Source of the DNA: Nitrospinaceae bacterium
Lineage (GTDB): Bacteria > Nitrospinota > Nitrospinia > Nitrospinales > Nitrospinaceae
Length of the DNA: 64,000 bases
Assembly: GCA_965223665.1 (NCBI GenBank)
Contig: OZ245011.1
Location: 1,280,001 to 1,344,000, forward strand
Reading direction: 5' to 3'
The notes under the pieces are model-generated. The model was given only the letters and a program-made list of their open reading frames with translations, made no database searches and had not been told where the DNA came from. The position numbers were made by a program, and so were the translations under genes. Below, in pieces: positions 18,709 through 28,542 of the stretch (the first letter of the stretch is position 1; the number at the start of each line of letters is the position of its first letter).

Positions 18709-21700
18709 TTATTTCTTCTTTCCTCCTTTTTTGCTTCCACTTTCTTGGTGGTCACAAACGATTACATCGGCATGAGCAATGATGTATAGCGCTTGCTCTT
18801 CAAAGCTTCCTAATTGATAGGTAACACTACCATCAGGATTGACCGTAGCAAGGTCATTGGAGTTAAATTGACCTGGTGCTGCTGGATCTGGACCATTGTC
18901 AGCTTCAGTAGATACGTTGAGGTGCGTATTCAAAAGCACGAAACCATCATCCAACACGTAGGTTACAGTGGCATTGTTTGGATCAGAGTAATCAATGATC
19001 ACTTTACCTACCAAGGTTCCCTTACTCAGGTCATTTCCACCGGCTCCAGTATAAAGGTTAGCTTCATAGATTTGACCCGCTTCCAGGGGACCTAATTGCC
19101 ATCCCCATCGATCCGCAGTCAAACCTAAATCGATGAAAGTTGTACTTAAAGCATCACCCAGGTACGCAAAGCCTGTTTCATCGAAACAATCCACAGGAAT
19201 TTCATCGTCATCCTCGTCCTCAGGAACTGGCGGAGGATTGTTCGGGTCATCATCATCGTCACTGTTAACAAAAGCTACGTTTTTGACAACCTTAGCTTGG
19301 ACATCGTCCTGAGTCACTTCCACACCAACAATTAGAGGATCATTGGTCGGATCAACAGGACAGGTTCCACCCGGTGCTACTGCATCACATTCTTCTATTG
19401 AAGTACCTGCAGGAACCACGGCACCATCCAAGATGACATCTCTATCATCAGTAACGACCATATCAAGAGTTACGTTACCAGTGTTTGTGGCTAAAATTTC
19501 GAAGTACACCACATCACCTAGAGAAATGCCGCCATTACCGTCGTTATCATCGAAATCGAATTCACCCGTATCTGTTTTAACAGCGGTTTTAACAATTTCA
19601 TGTGCAGGATTCTGCGGTAACGGCTCGGTATGATCATCAGGATCGTCTACCGGACAATTTGCCGCCGTACACTGACCCGTCGCCAGCGCTGTATTAAAGA
19701 ACGATCCACTGTCGATGTCCGCTTGCGTTAACGTATAACTACCGGTAAAGGTCGTGCTGTCAGAAGCGCCCGGTGCCAACGTTGCAATCGGACCGCCACT
19801 GATCGTCACTCCACCCACAGTGTCCGCAAGTGTAATATTGGTTAACGTCACATTACCAATATTAGTCACGGTGAAGTTGTAACTGATCGTTTCACCTGCA
19901 TCGGCAAATCCATCACCGTTCTCATCCTGGAAACTTCCAGTCTTCTCTAACTCAATTCCAGGATTCTGCGGTAACGGCTCGGTATGATCATCAGGATCGT
20001 CTACCGGACAATTTGCCGCCGTACACTGACCCGTCGTCAACGCTGTATTAAAGAACGATCCACTGTCGATGTCCGCTTGCGTTAACGTATAACTACCGGT
20101 AAAGGTCGTGCTGTCAGAAGCGCCCGGTGCCAACGTTGCAATCGGACCGCCACTGATCGTCACTCCACCCACAGTGTCCGCAAGCGTAATATTGGTTAAC
20201 GTCACATTACCAATATTAGTCACGGTGAAGTTGTAACTGATCGTTTCACCTGCATCGGCAAATCCATTACCGTTCTCATCCTGGAAACTTCCAGTCTTCT
20301 CTAACTCAATTCCAGGATTCTGCGGTAACGGCTCGTCATTATCATCGTCATCTGTTGCACAATCGATTGAACCATTCGGACAATCACCCGTGGTAAGCGC
20401 CAAATTCTCACGATGACCCGCATCTATGTCGGCTTGAGTTACTACATAACTGCCAGTACATTGCACACTTTCGCCCGGATCCAGAATGCCGTCAAACGCT
20501 CCACAATCCACAGTGATCACAGGATCGGTAACATCAACATTACTCAAGGTCACGTTTCCAATGTTGGTTACGGTCAACGTATAGCTAATGGTCTCACCCA
20601 CCTGGGCAAATCCGTCACCACTCTCATCCTGGAATTCACCTTCCTTGACAATCTGAATCTTTGGATCTTGTGGTAATGGTTCATCGTCATCATCCTCATC
20701 TTCTGCACAATCGATTGAACCATTCGGACAATCACCCGTGGTAAGCGCCAAATTCTCACGATGACCCGCATCTATGTCGTCTTGAGTTACCACATAACTG
20801 CCGGTACATTGCACGCTTTCACCCGGATCCAGAATGCCGTCAAACGCTCCACAATCTACAGTGATCACAGGGTCAGTAACATCAACATTAGTCAGGGTTA
20901 CATTACCCGTGTTAGTCACATCCAAAGTGTAGCTGATAGTTTCACCCACCTGGGCAAACCCATCCCCATTCTCATCCTGGAATTCACCTTCCTTGACAAT
21001 CTGAATCTTTGGATCTTGTGGTAATGGTTCATCGTCATCATCCTCATCTTCTGCACAATCGATTGAACCATTCGGACAATCACCCGTGGTAAGCGCCAAA
21101 TTCTCACGATGACCCGCATCTATGTCGACTTGAGTTACCACATAACTGCCGGTACATTGCACGCTTTCACCCGGATCCAGAATGCCGTCAAACGCTCCAC
21201 AATCTACAGTGATCACAGGGTCAGTAACATCAACATTAGTCAGGGTTACATTACCCGTGTTAGTCACATCCAAAGTGTAGCTGATAGTTTCACCCACCTG
21301 GGCAAACCCATCCCCATTCTCATCCTGGAATTCACCTTCCTTGATAATTTCAATCTTAGGGTCCTGATTAATTGTCAATACCACATCATCGGTAAGATTG
21401 AAGGGTTCAAAACATCCACCTTCAGGAGCTTCGATTGCCAATTGAGCTGAGTTCGTTAACGTACCCGCTTCAATATCATCCTGAGTGATGTTGTAAGTCA
21501 TTTGACAATTAAGGGATGCATTTGGTGCCAAAGTCTGCTGACCTACCGGACAATCACCATTGATGATTCCAGTCAACCCATCAGTAAGGGTTGCAACCAC
21601 AGAGGATGTACCATTGTTAGTCGCGCTGAACTGATAGGTAATCTCATCATCAACCGCTAACTCAGCAGAGGAACCCTCCACATACTCCACACCATTGATT

Positions 21701-23997
21701 AGCAAAGTTTTTGTGAAGCTCACGTCTACATGAGGTGCTATATCCACAACCACCGGTAAAGATTGTTCCATCAGATCATCACCTACTGGAACACCACCTA
21801 CTGCACTTGCAGTGTTGGTAATAGAGCAAGCATCCACATCCGCTTGAGTTACGGTGTAACCGACGATGACATCACAACCTGCACCCGGCAACAAATTAGC
21901 CGAACATTCTGCATTGGTTGTTCCAGTTAAATCATCGGAAACCGTGACAGGAGAAAGCGGAAGGTTTCCGGTGTTCAACACCATAATTTCGTAGAACAGG
22001 TTATCCCCTGCCGTAATGGTGGGATTATTATCACCATCTACAGAACCATCCACATTTTGAAAACAGGAAACATCCGGAATTTGCTCTCCCGGATTGTTAG
22101 GATCTTCCATGAAATTCACATCCGGATCCGAACAATCTTTTAGCAAGTTAATAGATTTTGTGATAGCCATACTCGGAGTGCCAATCTTAACCACCGCATC
22201 ATCTTGCACTTCTGGCACTGGCTGTCCACTTATGGCGTCATCAGCATTAGCTCGAGCTGTATTTTTTATTTCACAAAGCTCAACACCATCAACCTGCATG
22301 CAGGTAACTCCTGTGGTTGATTTCGTGATCTCCTTGCTACAAGTGAAGTTCCAGGTTTCTCCAGATTCGAGTATTCCGTCTGAATCAATATCACCCTCAT
22401 TAAAACCATTAACTAAAACAGGATTAATAGGGGAACAAGTCCCAGGACCCAAGTCATCTGTGACCACAACATTTGTAACAGCTCCATCGGTGGTAACAGC
22501 ATAAGAGTAAATTACAGTTTCACCCTCAAAGATGAGCATTTTGTCAGGGGTTTTTTCGATAAAAATAGAGGAAGGAGCAAGAACTCCAACATCAGCATTG
22601 GTGGGTTCAGTGACTACATTATCGTCTGGATTTAAATCTGGAAAATTAAAAAATACTTCCGCCACATTACACAAATCCGGAACTCCAGAGAGATTCCCAT
22701 CATCACTTTGTGAACAAAACCCATCCACAGCTTGAGTATCTGTATCATTGGATAATCCCTCTAACGGTTGATCCGGAAGTTGTACCACGATTTCAATATT
22801 GACAATTTCTCCTGGTTCGACATTAAATAAATCACAGGTGACTAAATGAGCCCCACCATCATAAGAACAATTTCGACCCTGACCGTCAGGATCAACCGTT
22901 GCACTTACAAATTCGGTTTTTGAATCTAAAGTATCCTCAACCACCACACCCGTTGCTGTATCAGTTTCGTGAGTATTAGTTACTTGTAAAGTATAGGTCA
23001 AAGGAGGATAAACTACTACTGGCTCACCATTAACCAATTGAGCGGTACCCTGTAAAGGATCGGGTTCATCATGTTTTTCAATAATTAAATCAATTTCTGG
23101 AATAACTCCCACCAAATCTTTGATTTGTTTCAAAGGAACGGTTTGATTACCCGCTGAAATGGTATTGGCAGGGGTTGAACTGTCAACGGGTTGTCCATCT
23201 ATTTCAACTACTTTTCCATGAATAATAGAGGCTTGTAAATTACCCGTTGGAGATTCTCCATTACACCCGAGACGTGCATCAATACGAAAAATAACCGTTT
23301 CCCCAGGTTCCAGGTCATCAATTTGAACACTGGAAAGCACATCGGATCCTGAAGTAAAAGCCGGTCCCGTTAATGTCCCATTCAAATCGGTACCATCATG
23401 AGGGTCTGCCCCAGCAGAAACAAAAGAAACCGTACTTCCTAAAGAACCTATAAGGATATTACTGTCGCCCAATACCGGATTAATTTGGAAATCATCGTTT
23501 ATACCCGAATCCAAACCAAAAAAACCGGCCCCGGGATTGTTTCCGGTATCATCGTCTCCGTTTTCAACAGCACCATAATTTATGAGTGTATTATCTACAG
23601 AAGTGTAAGCGGCACCTGATTGCCCGGTTGTATCAGCGGTAAAACTAAAATCCAATTGGATGGTTTGATTCCCTACAGCTCCGGGATCCACATCGATTTT
23701 CACCATATGAGAGACTAAGTCTCCACAAGCGTAATCAGCAGCTTCCAATTCCTCACGGATATCGGCCGTTTCGTTATTGGTCCCATCATTAAACGCCCCG
23801 CCACCAGTGGAATGGGTATAGGTAAATGGAGCAGCTCCAACAAAATTCAAGCTAAAATCTCCACCATCGGCATAAGCCTTAATTGGATTTAAGGATAAAA
23901 AAGTACTTAAAAAAAAGGATACAAAAAAAAGTAATAAATTACTTTTTAAAAAGTGACCTTTTGTTTCAAAATTACTTCTTGTGTCTGAACCGCGCAT
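18709..23997 (-). CDS. Giant secreted acidic protein with DUF11-like Ig-fold repeats (adhesin/surface-layer-like)
   Basis: Signal peptide ending AYA-D; repeated GETISY..VTNTGNVTL.NV.VTD units; DxNGDG Ca-binding-like loops; RBS GGAGGA. Confidence 0.8.
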   Translation of the reverse strand: MRGSDTRSNFETKGHFLKSNLLLFFVSFFLSTFLSLNPIKAYADGGDFSLNFVGAAPFTYTHSTGGGAFNDGTNNETADIREELEAADYACGDLVSHMVKIDVDPGAVGNQTIQLDFSFTADTTGQSGAAYTSVDNTLINYGAVENGDDDTGNNPGAGFFGLDSGINDDFQINPVLGDSNILIGSLGSTVSFVSAGADPHDGTDLNGTLTGPAFTSGSDVLSSVQIDDLEPGETVIFRIDARLGCNGESPTGNLQASIIHGKVVEIDGQPVDSSTPANTISAGNQTVPLKQIKDLVGVIPEIDLIIEKHDEPDPLQGTAQLVNGEPVVVYPPLTYTLQVTNTHETDTATGVVVEDTLDSKTEFVSATVDPDGQGRNCSYDGGAHLVTCDLFNVEPGEIVNIEIVVQLPDQPLEGLSNDTDTQAVDGFCSQSDDGNLSGVPDLCNVAEVFFNFPDLNPDDNVVTEPTNADVGVLAPSSIFIEKTPDKMLIFEGETVIYSYAVTTDGAVTNVVVTDDLGPGTCSPINPVLVNGFNEGDIDSDGILESGETWNFTCSKEITKSTTGVTCMQVDGVELCEIKNTARANADDAISGQPVPEVQDDAVVKIGTPSMAITKSINLLKDCSDPDVNFMEDPNNPGEQIPDVSCFQNVDGSVDGDNNPTITAGDNLFYEIMVLNTGNLPLSPVTVSDDLTGTTNAECSANLLPGAGCDVIVGYTVTQADVDACSITNTASAVGGVPVGDDLMEQSLPVVVDIAPHVDVSFTKTLLINGVEYVEGSSAELAVDDEITYQFSATNNGTSSVVATLTDGLTGIINGDCPVGQQTLAPNASLNCQMTYNITQDDIEAGTLTNSAQLAIEAPEGGCFEPFNLTDDVVLTINQDPKIEIIKEGEFQDENGDGFAQVGETISYTLDVTNTGNVTLTNVDVTDPVITVDCGAFDGILDPGESVQCTGSYVVTQVDIDAGHRENLALTTGDCPNGSIDCAEDEDDDDEPLPQDPKIQIVKEGEFQDENGDGFAQVGETISYTLDVTNTGNVTLTNVDVTDPVITVDCGAFDGILDPGESVQCTGSYVVTQDDIDAGHRENLALTTGDCPNGSIDCAEDEDDDDEPLPQDPKIQIVKEGEFQDESGDGFAQVGETISYTLTVTNIGNVTLSNVDVTDPVITVDCGAFDGILDPGESVQCTGSYVVTQADIDAGHRENLALTTGDCPNGSIDCATDDDDNDEPLPQNPGIELEKTGSFQDENGNGFADAGETISYNFTVTNIGNVTLTNITLADTVGGVTISGGPIATLAPGASDSTTFTGSYTLTQADIDSGSFFNTALTTGQCTAANCPVDDPDDHTEPLPQNPGIELEKTGSFQDENGDGFADAGETISYNFTVTNIGNVTLTNITLADTVGGVTISGGPIATLAPGASDSTTFTGSYTLTQADIDSGSFFNTALATGQCTAANCPVDDPDDHTEPLPQNPAHEIVKTAVKTDTGEFDFDDNDGNGGISLGDVVYFEILATNTGNVTLDMVVTDDRDVILDGAVVPAGTSIEECDAVAPGGTCPVDPTNDPLIVGVEVTQDDVQAKVVKNVAFVNSDDDDDPNNPPPVPEDEDDDEIPVDCFDETGFAYLGDALSTTFIDLGLTADRWGWQLGPLEAGQIYEANLYTGAGGNDLSKGTLVGKVIIDYSDPNNATVTYVLDDGFVLLNTHLNVSTEADNGPDPAAPGQFNSNDLATVNPDGSVTYQLGSFEEQALYIIAHADVIVCDHQESGSKKGGKKK
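19607..20314 (-). repeat. Intragenic tandem repeat, 2 x 354 nt (118 aa)
   Basis: GGATTCTGCGGTAACGGCTC recurs at 19607, 19961, 20315; about 4 mismatches between the two copies by eye. Confidence 0.95.
20315..21358 (-). repeat. Intragenic tandem repeat, 3 x 348 nt (116 aa)
   Basis: Units start 20315, 20663, 21011; the last two are nearly identical, the first is more diverged. Confidence 0.95.
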
Positions 23998-24117
23998 TTT
24001 TCCTCCCGGGAAACTTCACCTTAAAATTGATTTTTCAACAATTTTCAAATTTACAATTTATTTTATTCAAAAAGAAACTCTATTGGGGTATGAATATTTT
24101 TCGCAAAATGATCCATT

Positions 24118-24172
24118 AGCTAAACCATAAATTTTTGGTTTAGCTTATAATAAATTCGGAAAATATTGTCAA
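24118..24172 (-). promoter_or_regulatory. Sigma70-like promoter with overlapping 10-8-10 inverted repeat upstream of the giant protein
   Basis: TTGACA (24172-24167), 17 nt, TATAAG; AGCTAAACCA-N8-TGGTTTAGCT at 24118-24145. Confidence 0.6.
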
Positions 24173-24391
24173 TAGAAGAAAATTCGATCTAACTAAAATC
24201 ATCGAATATCGGATAAATTTAAAAGCACTCCATTTAGGTAGGCCCTTTGTTTACAAGGGTTTCAAAAATCCTTCTCTTTCGAAATTTTTTTTAAAAATTT
24301 TTAAAAAAATTTTAATTTCGAAACAAAATCTAATGGGAAATTAAATTTTTGGTGGGAAACTTTATTAATGCCAATGGAATTAAAAGAGAAA

Positions 24392-25192
24392 TTAATAGGA
24401 ATAAAAAAGTCTCTTGTTTAACTCACTCACCCTAAGATTTTTTTCATTCTCTGAGATAAATTTTTGAGAGTAGTCTTGGTTGAGCATCAAGATTTCAAAT
24501 TCCAATGCATGCCGGACAGCATTCGAATACGATTGGTGAGAGTGCACATCAAAAGTAACGATGCGCGTATTAAATTTATCCGGATTTATTTTGGTAAGTA
24601 ATCCATCTATGGATTCAGGTGAGATTCCTCCGCCCACGGAAACCTTCAACCCATAGTTGCGGATTTTTTGAACTGCCTTGCCCACTACTTTTTGCACATC
24701 AGCATCGGTTACACTCCTTTTCATTGATTTGGAAAGATCACTGCAACCAATGGTAATCTCATCGAGATCTTTAGCAAAAGGGCTTTCTAAAATAGAATCT
24801 AATTGCTGAATTGAAACTTTCGTTTCAATGTTTATATGTTTTTTAATTCTTTTGTACTGAATGGGAGTAGTATAACTTTTTATAGCTTCAATAAAGTTTT
24901 CCAGACCATATTCTGATTCCACCATCGGAGCAATTAATCCTTCGATCGGCAAATTCAATAATTGTTTTATATCGTTCCGTGCATTTGGTCCACCAATCTT
25001 TACCATAATAGGTATGGTATCCAGACAGATCTCAGACCAAAAAGCAATTTGCGCAATAGTCATTCCCGCATCTTCCGTCGATAGCTTTATACAAGACGCA
25101 TTAAAATCTTCCACCAATTCAACCATCGCAGCTTTTTCTGCAGCTACTTTTGAATAAGGAACAACTTTAAGTGCCGCGCGACGAGTTTTCAT
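24392..25192 (-). CDS. HpcH/HpaI aldolase / CitE-like TIM-barrel lyase family protein
   Basis: KIGGP.ARND, GLIAPMVES.YGL, INIET, IG.SDL; TAATG overlap with upstream gene. Confidence 0.7.
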   Translation of the reverse strand: MKTRRAALKVVPYSKVAAEKAAMVELVEDFNASCIKLSTEDAGMTIAQIAFWSEICLDTIPIMVKIGGPNARNDIKQLLNLPIEGLIAPMVESEYGLENFIEAIKSYTTPIQYKRIKKHINIETKVSIQQLDSILESPFAKDLDEITIGCSDLSKSMKRSVTDADVQKVVGKAVQKIRNYGLKVSVGGGISPESIDGLLTKINPDKFNTRIVTFDVHSHQSYSNAVRHALEFEILMLNQDYSQKFISENEKNLRVSELNKRLFYSY

Positions 25193-27447
25193 TACAGTAC
25201 TCCTTTTTTATCTCTAACTATGATCGAGGGATCAATTTTTTCAATAGAAGAACATCCTGTCAATATCATTGCCTTTCGCAATTCATTGAGTTTTTGTTTT
25301 AAATAAAAACTAACACCTTCCATTCCCGCTCCAAAAGCAGCAATACAAATAGGTCGCCCAATCATCACTGCATCCGCCCCCAGTGCAAGCATTTTTAAAA
25401 CATCCACTCCCTCTCGAATTCCTCCATCCACTAATATCTTTATGCGACCCGCTACAGCATTTGCAATTTCCGGTAGAACATCGGCAGTTCCGGGCATGTA
25501 GTCCATGACTCGGCCTCCATGGTTAGAAACCACAATGGCGTCTGCCCCTGCTTCCACTGCCATCAATGCCGATTCGGGGTTCATTATTCCCTTCAATATA
25601 AATGGAACTTTTAAGTGGCTTTTCAATTCCTGCAGTTCTTCTATAGATTTTGGGCTTACATTCTGCCCTTTTAAAGCCATCGTCTTGAAGGAGGCCGCAT
25701 CAATATCAATTCCAACCGCTAATGCCCCAGCATCCTCTGCTGCCTGAAACCGTTTAATAATATCCAGGTTAAACTCGCGTGGTTTAAAAATAGGGACTCC
25801 AAGGCCCCCTCTCCTTTTTATTGCGTCCAAACCAATTAAATACTTTTTCGGGTTGGCACCATCTCCTACCATTCCCAGAGTCCCACTGTCTAAACACCCA
25901 TCCAGTACAGCATCGGCATATTCTTTTTCATCCATTCCTCCAGCGAGATTCGTTTCCATTCCTGTGATAGGGGCAGCTAAAATAGGAAGGGCTAATTTTT
26001 TTCCAAATAATTCGATGGATAAGTCAGGGTTTTTTACCGAATGGATGGTCCGCAAATTAAGTTTATATTTTGCCAAAGCCCGTAAATTTTCATGAAAAGA
26101 ACCTCCGGTTCCAATGCCACCGATTCCCGGCACTTTTCCCGAACACTCCACTCCGTCACAGACAACACAAGCCTTACAGGCAACGTAGAATTTCTTCCGT
26201 GCATTGTTTCGAATAATGTCCCAGGTCAACTTGCAAGGAGAACCCGTTTCAATCCGTATGGTTTCACGAGCCAGATCATTGACTCGGATAGCTTCTTCCC
26301 GGGTTTTACCTGTTGAGATAACATAGCCGGTTTTACCCATATTGCTGGTAACCTCTCCTACCATATCGCCGGCTTCTTTCATTAATATTACTTCCCGAAC
26401 ACCCCGAATTTTGCGTGCATCATCTACCCCACGAATGGACAAAATTTTTCCTGGTGAAGGTATAAGAGCCCGTTCCGCTGATACCATTTGAATCTTTGGC
26501 TTTAAATCATCGGGAGGTAAACCCAATGCCACTTGAATCATGGCTTTATAAAGATTTACTCCTGTAGCAAGAGGAAATGTGTATGCCGACATCCAACCTC
26601 CACTTAAGCGGGCAGCTACCTCCACAATCTTTGCTCCATCAGGGGATACTTTAATATCTCCTTTTGCAGCTCCTAAATTTATACCCAAGGCCTGGATGGC
26701 CGCTCGGAATACCTGTACCGCTTCATTTTGTTTATTTTCGGGTAAATTTGAGGGTAAAGTGTGCCCCACCTCTACAAAATGAGGTGATCGTTCAATTATT
26801 CGGTCTGCAATTCCTGTAATAGTAATTTCTCCATTGTAAATAATGGCATCTAAACTCAATTCCGGACCTTCCATAAATTCTTCAAGAATTAAGTTCCCAC
26901 TTATAGAAGCTTCCTTAGCTTCTTTAAAAGCAACAGGTAAATCTTCTTTTCGTTCAATCTTCCTGACCCCACGGGCACCCATATTGTCACAGGGTTTAAT
27001 AACGAGAGGTAAAGACAATTCTTCTAATACGGCTTGACCTTCTTCTAAAGTCCAAATAGGGCGAAATTCAGGAATGGGGACATTAAATTGTTTTAACCGT
27101 CGCCGCATTTTTATTTTATCGGTTGCACGTTCAGCCACTTCAAAAGGAATACCGGGAAGGTTTAACGCGTTGGCCACAGCCGCTACAGTTTGTGAAGCAT
27201 CGGTACCAACAGTGAGGACTCCGTTTATCGGACAGGTTAGATGGAACTGTTTAGCCACGTTAACCGTAAGATTAATATTGCGGGTGCTTACAACCAAAGG
27301 GTAGTCCGCAATTAACATACCAGGTGCTTCCGGATCGTAATCCGTCACGACCACTCTTAGTTTCATTTCTTTGGCGACTTTAATGAGAGGGACTTGAAAA
27401 ATTCCGCCGCCAATAATCAATATATGTTTGGGACGGTCAATGACCAT
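25192..27447 (-). CDS. Fusion of ATP-grasp carboxylate-amine ligase and FMN-dependent alpha-hydroxy acid oxidoreductase
   Basis: N-half: IIGGG, DKIKMR, PLVIKP.D.MGARGV, EEFMEGPELS, EVAARLSGG. C-half: CKACVVCDGVEC, PILAAPITG, LKGI, VSNHGGR, DGGIREG.DVLK.LALGA..V.IGRP. Confidence 0.85.
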   Translation of the reverse strand: MVIDRPKHILIIGGGIFQVPLIKVAKEMKLRVVVTDYDPEAPGMLIADYPLVVSTRNINLTVNVAKQFHLTCPINGVLTVGTDASQTVAAVANALNLPGIPFEVAERATDKIKMRRRLKQFNVPIPEFRPIWTLEEGQAVLEELSLPLVIKPCDNMGARGVRKIERKEDLPVAFKEAKEASISGNLILEEFMEGPELSLDAIIYNGEITITGIADRIIERSPHFVEVGHTLPSNLPENKQNEAVQVFRAAIQALGINLGAAKGDIKVSPDGAKIVEVAARLSGGWMSAYTFPLATGVNLYKAMIQVALGLPPDDLKPKIQMVSAERALIPSPGKILSIRGVDDARKIRGVREVILMKEAGDMVGEVTSNMGKTGYVISTGKTREEAIRVNDLARETIRIETGSPCKLTWDIIRNNARKKFYVACKACVVCDGVECSGKVPGIGGIGTGGSFHENLRALAKYKLNLRTIHSVKNPDLSIELFGKKLALPILAAPITGMETNLAGGMDEKEYADAVLDGCLDSGTLGMVGDGANPKKYLIGLDAIKRRGGLGVPIFKPREFNLDIIKRFQAAEDAGALAVGIDIDAASFKTMALKGQNVSPKSIEELQELKSHLKVPFILKGIMNPESALMAVEAGADAIVVSNHGGRVMDYMPGTADVLPEIANAVAGRIKILVDGGIREGVDVLKMLALGADAVMIGRPICIAAFGAGMEGVSFYLKQKLNELRKAMILTGCSSIEKIDPSIIVRDKKGVL

Positions 27448-27645
27448 GTAATAACTCCATATATTTTCTAATAGTCTTCAGGGTGGAAGATAGAATATTT
27501 AAATACCCTTTTTTATCGACAATTTGAGGGAGATTCTTTAAATCGAGGCCATGCATGTCAATTCATTATCACGCAAAAACCTTTGAAAAATCAAATATTT
27601 AAATAATTTTAGGAATCAAGGGGAAATGAGGTTTTGTCAAATTTT

Positions 27646-28044
27646 TTATAGGAGAGTCATATCATCCTGGTAGCTATCCTTGATTTGTTCAAGAACAAAC
27701 CCGTTTAAGTTTCTAAGGTCAGCACCCTGCAAGTAAGCTCCAGCAAATTTGGCTCCCCTAACATGTGCGCCTCTAAAATCAGACATCATGAGATCAGCCT
27801 CCTCAAAGTTTGTATTCTCTAATCGAGCATTTTCAAATATTGTATCTTGCAGGTTGGCACCTCTTAGGTCGGCGCCTCTTAAATCTGCAAATGAAAAGCG
27901 GCTACCCATTAAATCCGCTTCAACCAAAACCGCATTGCAGAGTACAGAGTGTTCGAAGTTTATCCCGCGAAGTATGGCTCGGCTTCCTTGATCTCCCTTT
28001 GATTTAAACCAAAGTTCATGATCTTCAAGAATTTTTTCCAGCAT
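27646..28044 (-). CDS. Pentapeptide repeat protein
   Basis: A(D/N)Lxx repeats (ADLRG ADLRG ANLQD). Confidence 0.88.
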   Translation of the reverse strand: MLEKILEDHELWFKSKGDQGSRAILRGINFEHSVLCNAVLVEADLMGSRFSFADLRGADLRGANLQDTIFENARLENTNFEEADLMMSDFRGAHVRGAKFAGAYLQGADLRNLNGFVLEQIKDSYQDDMTLL

Positions 28045-28050
28045 TTTGAC

Positions 28051-28536
28051 TCACGTTTCGTTAATGCGTTTAACTTGATCCAGGCACTCAAACGTTTCTT
28101 CTCCAGTCCATTGAATATCCAGATAATCTGGTAATTTGGTAGAGCGATCCACCCGTGCTGAATGAAGTTGTTGGCAGGTTAAATTAATAATTAATGTCAT
28201 ATCTGCTCCCCGCAAATCAGCATTTTCAAACCTTGCTTTACTTACCGAGCAATGGGCAAAATTCGTCCGTCTTAAATTGGCTCCAGAAAAATTCGTTCCA
28301 ATACACTCGGCTCTCTCCAGGTTGGAACCAAATAAATTAGCTTGAGTTAGATCGGCGGTACTTAAACTGGCTCCCCCTAATTTTGCATTTTCCAATTTGG
28401 TTCCAACCAGCTTTGCCTTACGCAGATTGGTTTCCCTCAAATCACCCTCGGAAAGATCAGCGTTCCTTAAATCCTTTCCGAGTAAATTGAGTTTTTGTAA
28501 TTTATGTTTATTCGATTCAGCTTCTTTTCGATCCAT
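28051..28536 (-). CDS. Pentapeptide repeat protein
   Basis: ADLSE, ADLTQ ANLFG, ANLRR, ADLRG. Confidence 0.88.
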   Translation of the reverse strand: MDRKEAESNKHKLQKLNLLGKDLRNADLSEGDLRETNLRKAKLVGTKLENAKLGGASLSTADLTQANLFGSNLERAECIGTNFSGANLRRTNFAHCSVSKARFENADLRGADMTLIINLTCQQLHSARVDRSTKLPDYLDIQWTGEETFECLDQVKRINET

Positions 28537-28542
28537 TGAAAA

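Noticed and set aside
19607-21358. Long direct repeats as a CRISPR array or IS copies
   Set aside because: Units are 348/354 nt, in frame, without spacers, and encode protein domains
20413-21450. Periodic alternative-frame ORFs (MTRIYV..., MRVIVR...)
   Set aside because: Shadows of the tandem repeat in other frames
24277-24323. AT-rich nested palindrome TTTCGAAATT...AATTTCGAAA
   Set aside because: Low-complexity A/T runs; symmetry expected by chance and no function can be assigned
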